DNA from: Nitrospirota bacterium
Lineage (GTDB): Bacteria; Nitrospirota; UBA9217
Direction of reading: 5' to 3'
Assembly: GCA_963840455.1 (NCBI GenBank)
Contig: CAWIYV010000010.1
Location: 416,001-480,000, forward strand
Length of the DNA: 64,000 nucleotides
Positions 32,606 to 42,419 of the stretch are shown here, piece by piece. The position numbers and the translations under genes are program-made. Under the pieces are notes generated by a model. That model worked only from the letters and a program-made list of their open reading frames with translations, searched no databases and was not told the DNA's origin. The first letter of the stretch is position 1; every line of letters starts with the position of its first letter.

Positions 32606-34213
32606 ATGAGCTACCAGGTGTTTGCACGTAAATGGCGGCCGCAGGTGTTCGAAGACGTGATCGGCCAGGGCCATATCACGCGAACGCTGCAGAACGCCAT
32701 TGCCACGAACCGCCTGGCCCACGCGTTCCTTTTCTCCGGTCCCCGGGGCGTCGGAAAGACCACGACAGCGCGCATTCTCGCCAAGGCCCTGAATTGCAAG
32801 GAGGGGCCGACCCCCACGCCGTGCGGCAAGTGTGATTCCTGCCTGGAGACCGCGGCAGGAACGTCCGTCGATGTCATCGAGATCGACGGCGCCTCGAACC
32901 GCGGCATTGAGCACATTCGTGAGCTCCGTGAGACCGTGAAGTACGCGCCCGTCGGCGGAAAGAACAAGGTCTACGTGATCGACGAGGTCCACATGCTCAC
33001 GAACGAGGCGTTCAATGCGCTCCTCAAGACCCTCGAAGAGCCGCCGCCGCACGTCATCTTCATCTTCGCGACCACGGAACCCCAGAAGATCCCGGCAACC
33101 ATTCATTCCCGCTGCCAGCGCTACAGCTTCAAGCGGATCGCGCTTCATGAGATCGCCGCAAAGCTCCGGGAGATCACGGACAAGGAGGGTATCAAGGTCA
33201 GCGACCAGGGCCTGGCGATGATCGCCCGGGCCGCTGAGGGCAGCATGCGGGACTCCCAGAGCCTCCTTGACCAGGCCGTGTCCTACAGCGGCATGGAGAT
33301 CAGGAACGAGGACCTCCAGGCGATCCTCGGCGCGATCGGCCAGGAAACCCTGCGCTCCTTGGCAGACGGGCTCCTTGCCCGGGATTCCGCCGGACTGCTC
33401 AAGCAGATCGATTCGCTCCTGGAGCAGGGCCAGGACCTGCGGCAGCTTACGGCAGGGGTGGTGGAGCATATCAGGAACCTGATCGTTTCGCTGATCGCGA
33501 AGGAACCTGGAAAGATCGTCGAATTGCCGGCAGCGGACCTGGATGCGCTGAAACAACAGGCAGCAGGGACCGATGCAGAGCGGCTCATCATGCTGTTCGA
33601 CAGCCTGTCCCGGACGCTCGATGAGATGCGATGGTCGCCCCATCAGCGCTTCACCCTCGAGGTTGGACTGGTGAAGGCGTGCAGTCTGGCCCCGTTGAGA
33701 CCGCTTGGGGAGGTCCTTGAGCGGATGAGAGCGCTTGAAGCGAGGCTAGGTACGGGCGGCAAGAGCGTCGACTCCCGTAGCGAAGCGGTCCGCGAGCGCG
33801 CTTCCGGCTACGCGGCATCCCATCCGGTGCCGGCTCCAGGCGCCGGCCACAGCGACTCCTGGGGAAAGATCCTGGCGGCGCTCAAACAGAGGAAGCCGAA
33901 CCTCGGCTCGGCCCTTCAGAACAGCAGGGTCGTGGAGAGCACGGATGAGGCACTGGTAATCGGGATCAAGGGGTCTTCGTTCCAGGTGGAGCTCGCGGAC
34001 AAGAAGGAAAGCCGCGACATGATCGAGCAGCTTGCGGCCGAGGTCCTGGGAAAGCGCGTTCAGATAACCTTCCGGCTTCTGGCCACTGAAACCAAGCCTG
34101 AGCCCAAGTCTGCTGTGTCGAAGAAAACCTCTTCTGGAGAGCAGGACCCGTTCGTACAGGAAGCACTCAGCATCTTTAAGGGAAAGATCGTCGAACCCGA
34201 GAGCCAGGAATAA
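32606..34213 (+). CDS. dnaX: DNA polymerase III subunit gamma/tau
   Basis: ARKWRPQ.F, GPRGVGKTT, Zn-binding Cys residues, IDEVHML, LLKTLEEPP and SRC. Confidence 0.98.
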   Translation: MSYQVFARKWRPQVFEDVIGQGHITRTLQNAIATNRLAHAFLFSGPRGVGKTTTARILAKALNCKEGPTPTPCGKCDSCLETAAGTSVDVIEIDGASNRGIEHIRELRETVKYAPVGGKNKVYVIDEVHMLTNEAFNALLKTLEEPPPHVIFIFATTEPQKIPATIHSRCQRYSFKRIALHEIAAKLREITDKEGIKVSDQGLAMIARAAEGSMRDSQSLLDQAVSYSGMEIRNEDLQAILGAIGQETLRSLADGLLARDSAGLLKQIDSLLEQGQDLRQLTAGVVEHIRNLIVSLIAKEPGKIVELPAADLDALKQQAAGTDAERLIMLFDSLSRTLDEMRWSPHQRFTLEVGLVKACSLAPLRPLGEVLERMRALEARLGTGGKSVDSRSEAVRERASGYAASHPVPAPGAGHSDSWGKILAALKQRKPNLGSALQNSRVVESTDEALVIGIKGSSFQVELADKKESRDMIEQLAAEVLGKRVQITFRLLATETKPEPKSAVSKKTSSGEQDPFVQEALSIFKGKIVEPESQE

Positions 34214-34435
34214 GGCGCCCGGGAACGCAACCCGGCCATTTATTTTTCTTATATCGCCATAATCCGCCCGTTTTCTCTTGCAAAAGAACCCGGATTTTTT
34301 TACTATAGTATTCCTTTTGCCCCGCTATTGGCAGAGCGTCAGCGACTTGCCGGAAGCAGAGGAGATCTTCCCGTGGGCGAGCGGCCATCATGGCTGCGGT
34401 AAACGGATGTTTTCATTCCAAGGGAGCTTAACGCT

Positions 34436-34756
34436 ATGTCCAAGAACCTTCTGAATAATTTGATGAAACAAGCGCAGCAGATGCAGGAGCAGGTGAAGAA
34501 GCTCCAGGCAGAGGCCGGGAACAAGACCGTCGAGGCTTCCTCCGGCGGCGGCATGGTGACGGTAGTCGTCAATGGACGTCAGGAAGTGCTTTCCATCAAG
34601 ATCGACCGGTCGGTGGTCGATCCGAACGACATCGACATGCTCCAGGACCTGGTTGCAGCTGCCGTGAACGAGGCGCTCCGCAAGTCCCAGGAGCTCATGA
34701 AGGATGAGATGGGCCGGCTGACCGCTGGCATGGGACTCCCGCCGGGACTGCTTTAG
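34436..34756 (+). CDS. ybaB: YbaB/EbfC nucleoid-associated protein
   Basis: MKQAQQMQ...SGGGMVTV...DIDMLQDLVAAAVNEA. Sits in dnaX-ybaB-recR synteny. Confidence 0.95.
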   Translation: MSKNLLNNLMKQAQQMQEQVKKLQAEAGNKTVEASSGGGMVTVVVNGRQEVLSIKIDRSVVDPNDIDMLQDLVAAAVNEALRKSQELMKDEMGRLTAGMGLPPGLL

Positions 34757-34762
34757 GTGACC

Positions 34763-35473
34763 ATGGGAAGGGAGCCGAACGGACAGGACAGGACAACGGC
34801 GGTGAAGGAACACGATGCCTCGTCACCGGAGCCTTTGCGTACGAAAAAGCGTGAAAAGGCCGGGGACCAGGACGGGAAGATCTCCGGCAAGGCCCTGGGA
34901 CGGACCGTAGAAGCGTTCATGCGGCTCCCGGGCATCGGCAGGAAGAGTGCGGAGCGTCTCGCATTCGCAGTGCTCGGCATGCCGAAGGAAGAGGCTGCAG
35001 GCATCGCCCAGGCGATCGTGGACCTGAAAAACAGCAGCCGCTACTGTTCGGAATGCAACAACATCACCGAGGAAGAGATCTGCGGCATCTGCCGCGATGA
35101 GAAGCGGGACCGCACCGTGATCTGCGTGGTCGAAGAGCCCAGCAACATCCTGGTCCTCGAAAAGACCGGCACCTTCCGCGGACGGTACCACGCGCTGCTG
35201 GGAGCGCTCTCTCCCCTCGACGGTATCGGTCCGGAGGACCTGAAGATCGACGGCCTCATGCAGCGGCTCAAGGTTGGCGGAGTGAACGAGGTCATCATTG
35301 CCACGAACCCAACGGTAAAGGGCGAGACAACGGCGATGTACCTTGCGAAGCTCATCAAGCCCCTTGGCATCAGCGTCAGTCGCATTGCCTACGGGCTTCC
35401 GGTCGGCGGCGACATCGAATACGCCGATGAGAACACGGTCCAGCGGGCGCTCCAGGGAAGACGGGAAATGTAA
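34763..35473 (+). CDS. recR: Recombination mediator RecR, with an N-terminal extension
   Basis: LPGIGRKSAERLA, C4 zinc finger, ICVVEEP, IATNPTVKGE.TA and GLPVGGDIEYAD. Confidence 0.96.
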   Translation: MGREPNGQDRTTAVKEHDASSPEPLRTKKREKAGDQDGKISGKALGRTVEAFMRLPGIGRKSAERLAFAVLGMPKEEAAGIAQAIVDLKNSSRYCSECNNITEEEICGICRDEKRDRTVICVVEEPSNILVLEKTGTFRGRYHALLGALSPLDGIGPEDLKIDGLMQRLKVGGVNEVIIATNPTVKGETTAMYLAKLIKPLGISVSRIAYGLPVGGDIEYADENTVQRALQGRREM

Positions 35474-35556
35474 ATAATTGCGGATCTCGGATTTTTATTT
35501 CGGATTGATAAATCCGCATTGCGCAATCTCAATCAGCAATTGAGTGGGAGGTTACC

Positions 35557-36132
35557 ATGGCAGAAATGATCGAGATAAGATGGCATGGACGGGGAGGGCA
35601 GGGGACCGTCACCGCGGCCAAGGTGCTCGCGGACGCGTGCCTCTCCGGGGGCCGCAACGTGCAGGCCTTCCCGGAATACGGCCCGGAACGCGCAGGCGCC
35701 CCGCTCCGCGCCTATAACCGCATCAGCGATAAGGTCCTCCGGATGCACTGCCCGGTGCTGAATCCCGGCGTTGTATGCGTTGTGGACGCGACGCTGCTGG
35801 ACGCCATCAACGTCGCCGAAGGGGCGAAGGATGATGCTGTGTTCGTGGTCAACACGAGCAAGGACCCGAAAGAGGTCCGCGAGAAGCTGAAAGCAAAACC
35901 GTCCCAGAAGGTCTTCGCCGTGGATGCGACGAAGATCGCCATTGAAACCATCGGAAGACCCATGCCGAATTCGTCCATGCTCGGCGCGGTGAACAAGGCC
36001 ACGGCGATCGTGACCATGGAAGTGCTGCTCGATGATGTAAAGGGCAGTTTTGGAAAAAAGTTCGCCCAGAAGATCATCGACGGGAATCTCGCCGCCGTGA
36101 AGCGCGGGTACGAGGAGGTAAAGCAGGGATGA
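35557..36132 (+). CDS. porC: Pyruvate/2-oxoacid:ferredoxin oxidoreductase gamma subunit
   Basis: EIRWHGRGGQG.VTAA, AFPEYGPERAGAP and PN..MLGA. Confidence 0.93.
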   Translation: MAEMIEIRWHGRGGQGTVTAAKVLADACLSGGRNVQAFPEYGPERAGAPLRAYNRISDKVLRMHCPVLNPGVVCVVDATLLDAINVAEGAKDDAVFVVNTSKDPKEVREKLKAKPSQKVFAVDATKIAIETIGRPMPNSSMLGAVNKATAIVTMEVLLDDVKGSFGKKFAQKIIDGNLAAVKRGYEEVKQG

Positions 36133-36422
36133 AACAGATGAAATGGAACGAGCTGCCCCACGCCGGGACGATCCTGAAGGCCGGCAATGCGAACGAATAC
36201 AAGACCGGATCGTGGCGCACCTATAAGCCGCGATGGATCGAAGAGAACTGCATCCAGTGCCTCTTCTGCTGGATCTACTGCCCCGACTCGGCGGTCATGA
36301 CGAAGGACGAGAAGATGACCGGCTTCGATTACGATCACTGCAAAGGCTGCGGCGTCTGCGCCATGGAATGCCCCGGGAAAAAAGGCAACAAGGCCATCGT
36401 CATGGAAGAGGAGGGCAAATAA
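36129..36422 (+). CDS. porD: Pyruvate/2-oxoacid:ferredoxin oxidoreductase delta subunit (2x4Fe-4S)
   Basis: KTGSWR, CIQCLFCWIYCPD and YDHCKGCGVCAMECP. Confidence 0.93.
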   Translation: MKQMKWNELPHAGTILKAGNANEYKTGSWRTYKPRWIEENCIQCLFCWIYCPDSAVMTKDEKMTGFDYDHCKGCGVCAMECPGKKGNKAIVMEEEGK

Positions 36423-36423
36423 C

Positions 36424-37612
36424 ATGGCTATAACCTCAACGAAGACCGTTGCCGTCACCGGCAACCAGGCGGTGGCCGAGGCGCTCCGTCAGCTGAATCC
36501 CGACGTGATGCCCGCCTATCCTATCACGCCGTCGACGGGCATCATGGAATCGTTCACCTCGTTCGTCTCGAACGGCAAGGTAGACACCGAGATGATCCTG
36601 GTGGAGAGCGAACACAGCGCCATGAGCGCCGGGATCGGCGCAGCGGCGGCAGGCGGCCGGGTGGCGACGGCCACCAGCGCCCAGGGCCTCGCGCTCATGT
36701 GGGAGATGCTGCACATCGCCTCGGGCTACCGCCTGCCGATCCTGATGGCGCTCGTGAACCGCGCACTGTCCGCGCCGCTCAATATCCACGGCGACCACTC
36801 CGACGGCATGGGCATGCGCGACTGCGGCTGGATCCAGCTGTTCTCCGAGAACGCCCAGGAGGCCTATGACAACACGATCATGGCCTACCGCATCGCCGAG
36901 CACAGGGACGTGCGCCTGCCCATCGCGGTCAACATGGACGGGTTCATCATCAGCCACTCCATCGAGAGCATGCAGTACATCGCCGACGCCGACGTGAAAA
37001 AGTTCGTCGGTGAGTACATCGCCGTCGATCCGCTCCTCGATATCGACAATCCCAAGAGCATCGGCGCCCTGGTGCTGACGGACTATTATATGGAGCACAA
37101 GCGCGCCCAGCACCAGGCCATGATCAACGCGAAGAAGGTCATCCAGGACGTTTCTACGGAGTTCGCGAAGCTCTTCGGCAGGAAATACGAGATGTTCGAA
37201 ACGTACCGGCTCGAAGACGCCGACGTCGTCCTGGTCGCCCTCAACTCGGCCGCCGGCACGATCAAGGACGAGGTGGACCGCTACCGCGAGAAAGGCGTCA
37301 AGGCCGGCCTGCTGAAGCCCCGGGTCTTCCGCCCCTTCCCGTACGAAGAGGTGCGGGCAGGCGCTCAGGAACGCCAAGGCTATCTGCATCATGGACCGGG
37401 CGGACTCTTACGGCGGGTTCGGCCCACTCTTCATGGAGATCGCGTCGGCTGTCGCGCCGCTCAAGGGCCCCGTGCTGTTCAACAAGATCTACGGCCTCGG
37501 CGGCAGGGACCTGATGCCGCTCGATGTGGACCAGGTGATCGACGAGACCATCGAGGTCGCGAAGACCGGCAAGGCGAAGATGCTGAAGGATTATCTGTCG
37601 GTCAGGAGCTAA
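36424..37612 (+). CDS. porA: Pyruvate/2-oxoacid:ferredoxin oxidoreductase alpha subunit, frameshifted near 37356
   Basis: AYPITPS, VESEHSA, TATSAQGL and FRPFP. Removing one G from CGGG at 37354-37357 continues into ALRNAKAICIMDR...YGLGGRD, ending at 37612. Confidence 0.9.
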
Positions 37613-37714
37613 TACGAACGTGTCAACTACGGAGACCATTCGACAGGCTCATGGTAGAGAGCACGGTCGAACGACACAGGGACACGGAGAATACGTGACC
37701 TGTCCAAGGAGAAG

Positions 37715-38680
37715 ATGATAATGAGCGCACCGACTGAAGCAAAACCCATGACCCTGAAATCCCTGACGCACAAGAAAGACAACCTTTCCGGCGGGCACCG
37801 CATGTGCTCCGGCTGCGGCGCCCCGACCATCGTGCGCCAGGTGCTTCTGGCCGCCGACGAGCCGGTGGTCATCGCGAACGCCACGGGCTGCCTCGAGGTC
37901 TCGACCTGCCTCTTCCCGTACACGGCGTGGAAGGTGCCGTGGATGCACAGCGCCTTCGAGAATGCCGCGGCCACGGCTTCGGGCATCGAGACCATGTACC
38001 GGTCGCTCCGGAAGCAGGGGAAGCTCAAGAAGGAAATGAAGTTCATCGCCTTCGGCGGCGACGGCGGTACCTATGATATCGGGTTCCAGGCACTTTCCGG
38101 CGCCATGGAGCGGGGCCACCAGCTGCTCTATATTTGCTACGACAACGGCGCGTACATGAACACGGGCATCCAGCGTTCGAGCGCCACACCTTTCGGCGCG
38201 GACACGACCACCCAGCCGGTGGGCTCCCAGGTCCAGGGCAAGACACAGCGCAGGAAGGACCTCACGCGCATCATGGCGGCCCATAACGTGGCCTACGCCG
38301 CCCAGGCCTCGCCCCACAACTGGAAGGACCTGATGACCAAGGTCAAGAAGGCGCTGGCCACGAACGGTCCCGCTTACCTGGGCGTCGTGGCCCCCTGCAA
38401 CCGCGGCTGGCGCACCCAGACCAACGACTCCATCCTGCTCTCCCGGCTGGCCGTGGACACCTGCTACTGGCCTCTCTACGAGGTCGAGGCTGGAAAGTGG
38501 ACCATCAACTACGACCCCAAGGAACGGAAACGGCCGATCACCGAGTGGCTTAAGCCCCAGGGAAGGTTCAAGCATCTGTTCGCGCCGGGCAACGAGGGGA
38601 TGCTCGAGAAATTCCAGAAGCTCGTGGACGACGACTGGGAAAGCCTCCAGAAGATGGCGGGAGCGTTCGGGAAAAAATAG
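37715..38680 (+). CDS. porB: Pyruvate/2-oxoacid:ferredoxin oxidoreductase beta subunit (TPP-binding)
   Basis: GHRMCSGCG, ATGCLEV, GGDGGTYDIG and YDNGAYMNTGIQRS. Confidence 0.93.
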   Translation: MIMSAPTEAKPMTLKSLTHKKDNLSGGHRMCSGCGAPTIVRQVLLAADEPVVIANATGCLEVSTCLFPYTAWKVPWMHSAFENAAATASGIETMYRSLRKQGKLKKEMKFIAFGGDGGTYDIGFQALSGAMERGHQLLYICYDNGAYMNTGIQRSSATPFGADTTTQPVGSQVQGKTQRRKDLTRIMAAHNVAYAAQASPHNWKDLMTKVKKALATNGPAYLGVVAPCNRGWRTQTNDSILLSRLAVDTCYWPLYEVEAGKWTINYDPKERKRPITEWLKPQGRFKHLFAPGNEGMLEKFQKLVDDDWESLQKMAGAFGKK

Positions 38681-38756
38681 CTCGGACAGTTCAAGGCAGC
38701 ATCTACGCAGCCGGGAGTTGTTGACCCGGCTGTGTTCGTTTCCCGGCCGACCAGCA

Positions 38757-38916
38757 TTGAAGCTCCCTGCAGCAAGCTGCAGGGAATCTTCGATCCTCCA
38801 GGAACTTTTATTATTCTAATCGCTCGCTAATCCCCTGCACTCGCGGTTCCCCTCGTAAACGCTGGGGGCAAGACCCTGCAGCAAACTACGGGGAATGCGC
38901 CCGCTCCTGCATTCAA
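38757..38916 (+). mobile_element. Non-autonomous dispersed palindromic element, copy 1 (160 bp)
   Basis: TTGAAGCTCCCTGCAGCAAGCTGCAGGGAATCTTCGA...AATCGCTCGCT...GGAATGCG..CGCTCCTG.ATTCAA, homologous to an inverted copy at 41036-41152. Confidence 0.7.
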
Positions 38917-39008
38917 AAAAACCCTTGAAATCTCGTCATTACTGTGGTTAAATAGCACTCTATATCGGGCAAAACGGCTTTTTTTCAACAGTTACGAGGA
39001 GATAAGCG

Positions 39009-39503
39009 ATGATCGGTTCCGATCTGGTGATGTACGACGAGGAGTTCAAGCTCATTGATGCCGAGCTGCAGCGGCTCCTGGCGCAGTCCAATGCAAAGGT
39101 CGTGTTCCTGGTCGACAAGAACGGTCAATTGATCGCCGCCACCGGCGAAACAGAGAATCTGGACACCACTTCGCTCGCCTCCCTCACCGCAGGCAACATC
39201 GCCGCGACCGGCGGCATGGCCAAGCTCCTCGGGGAAAAAGAGTTCTCCATCCTTTTTCACGAAGGCCAGCGCGACAACATCCACATTTCCATCATCGGCC
39301 AGCGCGTCATTCTCGTGGTGATCTTCGACCAGCGCTCGTCCCTTGGGCTCGTGCGGCTTAGGGTCAAGAAAAGCGCCGAAATCCTGGGGAACATCTTCAA
39401 CCAGCTCCTCCAGAAGGTCGAATCCGGAAAGGGCCCGGCCAAGGGCGCCGACTCACCGTTCGCCGAGATCACCGACGAAGACATCGACAAGCTCTTTGGA
39501 TAA
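39009..39503 (+). CDS. mglB: Roadblock/LC7 protein MglB (GAP for MglA)
   Basis: [12 protein letters not shown]...[18 protein letters not shown]...FHEG.RDNIHIS...[10 protein letters not shown]...ITDEDID.LF. Confidence 0.95.
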   Translation: MIGSDLVMYDEEFKLIDAELQRLLAQSNAKVVFLVDKNGQLIAATGETENLDTTSLASLTAGNIAATGGMAKLLGEKEFSILFHEGQRDNIHISIIGQRVILVVIFDQRSSLGLVRLRVKKSAEILGNIFNQLLQKVESGKGPAKGADSPFAEITDEDIDKLFG

Positions 39504-39541
39504 CCCGGCCGCGAACGTGCCAGGAGAGGAATTACCGTACT

Positions 39542-40138
39542 ATGTCGTTCATTAATTATTCATCGCGCGAGATCAATTGCAAGATCGTCTACTACGGCCC
39601 TGGCCTCTGCGGAAAGACGACGAACCTGCATTACATCTACAAGAAAACGAATCCCGACAGCAAGGGGAAGATGATCTCGCTCGCCACCGAGACGGAGCGG
39701 ACGCTCTTCTTCGATTTCCTGCCGCTCGCCTTAGGCGAGATCCGGGGCTTTAAGACCCGGTTCCACCTCTATACGGTGCCCGGCCAGGTGTTCTATGATG
39801 CGAGCCGCAAGCTCATCCTGAAGGGCGTGGACGGCGTTGTCTTCGTCGCCGACTCCCAGGTGGAGCGCATGGAGGCGAACGTCGAGAGCGTCGAGAATCT
39901 CCGGATCAACCTGGCCGAGCAGGGCTACAACCTCGATGCCATTCCCTACGTTATCCAGTACAATAAGCGGGACCTGCCGAACGTGGTTCCCGTGGCCGAG
40001 ATGAAGAAGGCTCTGAATCCCCGCGGCGTGCCGGACTTCGAGTCCGTGGCCTCGGAAGGCGGCGGCGTGTTCGACACGCTCAAGTCCATCGCCAAGCTGG
40101 TCATCATGGAGCTGAAGAAAGGCCAGGAGGGCGGGTAG
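39542..40138 (+). CDS. mglA: Small Ras-like GTPase MglA
   Basis: [42 protein letters not shown] and NKRD. Confidence 0.97.
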   Translation: MSFINYSSREINCKIVYYGPGLCGKTTNLHYIYKKTNPDSKGKMISLATETERTLFFDFLPLALGEIRGFKTRFHLYTVPGQVFYDASRKLILKGVDGVVFVADSQVERMEANVESVENLRINLAEQGYNLDAIPYVIQYNKRDLPNVVPVAEMKKALNPRGVPDFESVASEGGGVFDTLKSIAKLVIMELKKGQEGG

Positions 40139-40235
40139 GAGAACAGGACACGGAACGAAATAACCCGTTGACAGGACTGGCGTTCTATGGTAATTTGCCG
40201 GCCTGCAATCGGCACCTTTCCAGCAAAAAACATAT

Positions 40236-40311
40236 TCCCGGATAGCTCAGTCGGTAGAGCGGGTGGCTGTTAACCACCATGCCGCAGGTTCGAGTCCTGC
40301 TCCGGGAGCCA
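40236..40311 (+). tRNA. tRNA-Asn(GTT)
   Basis: TCCCGGA acceptor, GGTGG-CTGTTAA-CCACC, GTTCGAGTC and GCCA. Confidence 0.98.
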
Positions 40312-40320
40312 GTTCGATGC

Positions 40321-40352
40321 GCCCTGCCTCTTAACTAGAGGCAGGGCTTATT
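40321..40352 (+). terminator. Terminator-like hairpin after tRNA-Asn
   Basis: GCCCTGCCTC-TTAACTA-GAGGCAGGGC followed by TTATT. Confidence 0.6.
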
Positions 40353-40504
40353 CATGGCGAGCCTGTCGAAGCATATGTGGTGAACTGCATCGAACTATGA
40401 AAAAAGGGCGTGCATCGAACTGCCCTGAGCACAGTCGAATGGCCAATACAAAGCAGAATTTCTCCGAGAGAGGTTCTGCTTTTTATTGGGGAGCTTGCCT
40501 GGGT

Positions 40505-40600
40505 TATGCGGTGTATATTCTCCGCATGCAAAACAGCCGTTACTATGCGGGCCTGATCAAGAGCCCTGCTCGTCGAGCGCAGACCTCATACCTTTCTACA
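40505..40600 (+). pseudogene. GIY-YIG nuclease N-terminal remnant
   Basis: YAVYILRMQNSRYYAGLIKSPARR resembles YVYIL...YxG.T..L.RR and then degenerates. Confidence 0.5.
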
Positions 40601-41035
40601 CCGATCTCATCCTCAGGAAGCCTTGACCGACACCTTTTCAAACTGCAAGTTCCTCTGTCTGATATACTTTCGCCGGCTTTCGGTCAATAAAATAGCTTGC
40701 CGGGAATTTTCCTTCATGTTATTGTATTGACAGCGAAAAAGCGGCTGGATACACTTTTTTCAAACCACATAGGGCACGTGCAACCTCCCTTTCGCAATGA
40801 TAGCCATCAATAATAATATAGGTGATATTTCAGCATCGCATACAAAGATCGTCGCGCCTGAATTAAGGGCGTGATCGATCACCGCAGCGAAGCGTTGCTG
40901 CCTGTCTTCGATGTTTCAGATCAAGGAATGCGCAGGGCCCGGACAGCGGGCAGCAACCAGGACACACCTGTACGTGTTTGTGCTCGAGACGCCATCCCGG
41001 TAACAGGCATAACTGAGCAGGTCCGCACGAGGTCC

Positions 41036-41152
41036 TTGAATCCAGGAGCGAACGCATTCCCTGCATCCTGCTGCGGGATCAGCGAGCGATTAGGATGACG
41101 AGGCTCACTTGAGGGTCGAAGATTCCCTGCAGCTTGCTGCAAGGAGCTTCAA
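41036..41152 (-). mobile_element. Non-autonomous dispersed palindromic element, copy 2 (117 bp)
   Basis: Reverse complement reads TTGAAGCTCCTTGCAGCAAGCTGCAGGGAATCTTCGA...AATCGCTCGCTGATCCC...GGAATGCGTTCGCTCCTGGATTCAA. Confidence 0.7.
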
Positions 41153-41366
41153 CACTCGGGATGGACGCTCGTTCCCTGCATGCGGCCGCCAAGGGAAGGT
41201 CATCAAGAGCTTCGAAATCGCCGGATCGAGCCTGCTGTTCTACGCAGATAGTCTGCGCCACAGCTTGCCTGCTGCAGCCTATCGATCATCACGAACTCCT
41301 GACGGCATGACCATTTGAGGATGTTGACACCCTTTGTGCGTCAGGGTATCATGACATCGATTTGCC

Positions 41367-42419
41367 ATGGCAAGACAGAATACACCATATCGAGACAGGT
41401 CCTTGACGGCATTCCCCGGGCTGTTGCATTCGCAGGGCAGCTCCGGTCCCCGAAGCAGGATTGCTCCTGCCTTCCGGGCCATTCGATCCATCCCTCCGCG
41501 CCCGCTCAGCATATATTTTTTTGCAGGACTGGTCTTCCTGAGCAGCATGCTCGTTGCCGGGTGCAACAAAGAACGTGCCGGGGCTTCCCGACCGCAACAA
41601 CAGCGGCAAACCCTTCACCTCGGGCTGGTGCCCGAACAGAGCATCTTCAAGCAGATCCATCGCTATGAGCCGCTTGCGGATTATCTCTCGCGGCAGATGA
41701 ACGTGAACGTCAGCCTCTCGGTCATGCCCGGCTATGACAAGGCCCTGAGCAGCTTTACGGCAAAGAAAATGGACGCGGCTTTTTTCGGAAGCATGACCTA
41801 TGTTCTCGCTCATGCCAGGCTCGGCGTGGAGCCCATAGCGCGACCGGTGAACCTGGACGGGACCTCGACCTATTATGGCGTGATGTTCGTTCGAAAAGAC
41901 AGCAACATCCGGTCGGTCCGGGAGATGAAGGGAAAGCGCCTGGCCTTGGTCGACAGGAACACGATGGCGGGATACCTCCTTCCCCTTGCGTATTTCAAAA
42001 AAGCGGGTGTCGATTATACGACCTATCTCAAGGAGTTCTATTTCTCCGGCACTCATGAGGATGTCATCCATGATGTTCTCGACCGCAAGGCCGACATCGG
42101 TGCGGCCAAGAGCACGGTATTGATGCGGCTCTCAACAGACGATGCCAGGGTAAAGAACGACCTTCTCATCCTGGCGCGAACCCCTCTCGTGCCCGAGAAC
42201 TGTCTTGCCGTGCGACGGGACCTCAGCGCGACCCTTAAAGACCGGCTCAAGTCCGTGCTGCTGAACATGGACAAAGACCAGGAGGGGATCCGAGTCCTGC
42301 AGGAATTCAAGATCCGCAAGTTCATTGAAACGAGTGACAGCGATTTTAACTCCGTCTACTTCTTCGCACGGGAGCTCGACATCGATCTGAAAGCCGGGTT
42401 CGATGCAACGGTACGATGA
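41367..42419 (+). CDS. PhnD/phosphonate-type periplasmic substrate-binding protein with no transporter nearby
   Basis: VAGC lipobox-like segment, LGLVPEQ, AFFGS, NTMAGYLLP, GTHEDV...ADIGAAK. Start codon uncertain. Confidence 0.85.
   Translation: MARQNTPYRDRSLTAFPGLLHSQGSSGPRSRIAPAFRAIRSIPPRPLSIYFFAGLVFLSSMLVAGCNKERAGASRPQQQRQTLHLGLVPEQSIFKQIHRYEPLADYLSRQMNVNVSLSVMPGYDKALSSFTAKKMDAAFFGSMTYVLAHARLGVEPIARPVNLDGTSTYYGVMFVRKDSNIRSVREMKGKRLALVDRNTMAGYLLPLAYFKKAGVDYTTYLKEFYFSGTHEDVIHDVLDRKADIGAAKSTVLMRLSTDDARVKNDLLILARTPLVPENCLAVRRDLSATLKDRLKSVLLNMDKDQEGIRVLQEFKIRKFIETSDSDFNSVYFFARELDIDLKAGFDATVR

Noticed and set aside
34330-34430. Riboswitch or leader RNA upstream of ybaB
   Set aside because: No known aptamer consensus could be matched by eye.
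34763-34880. RecR N-terminal extension as a new domain
   Set aside because: About 40 charged, low-complexity residues, likely disordered or a start-site ambiguity.
37340-37400. Programmed ribosomal frameshift in porA (and in pgi, the aminotransferase and the GT-C gene)
   Set aside because: No slippery heptamer or stimulatory structure is evident, and single-base indels in short G runs are better explained by sequencing error.
40800-41320. Tyrosine-integrase remnant after tRNA-Asn (SLRHS-like peptide)
   Set aside because: Only a five-residue resemblance, with no other catalytic motifs in order.
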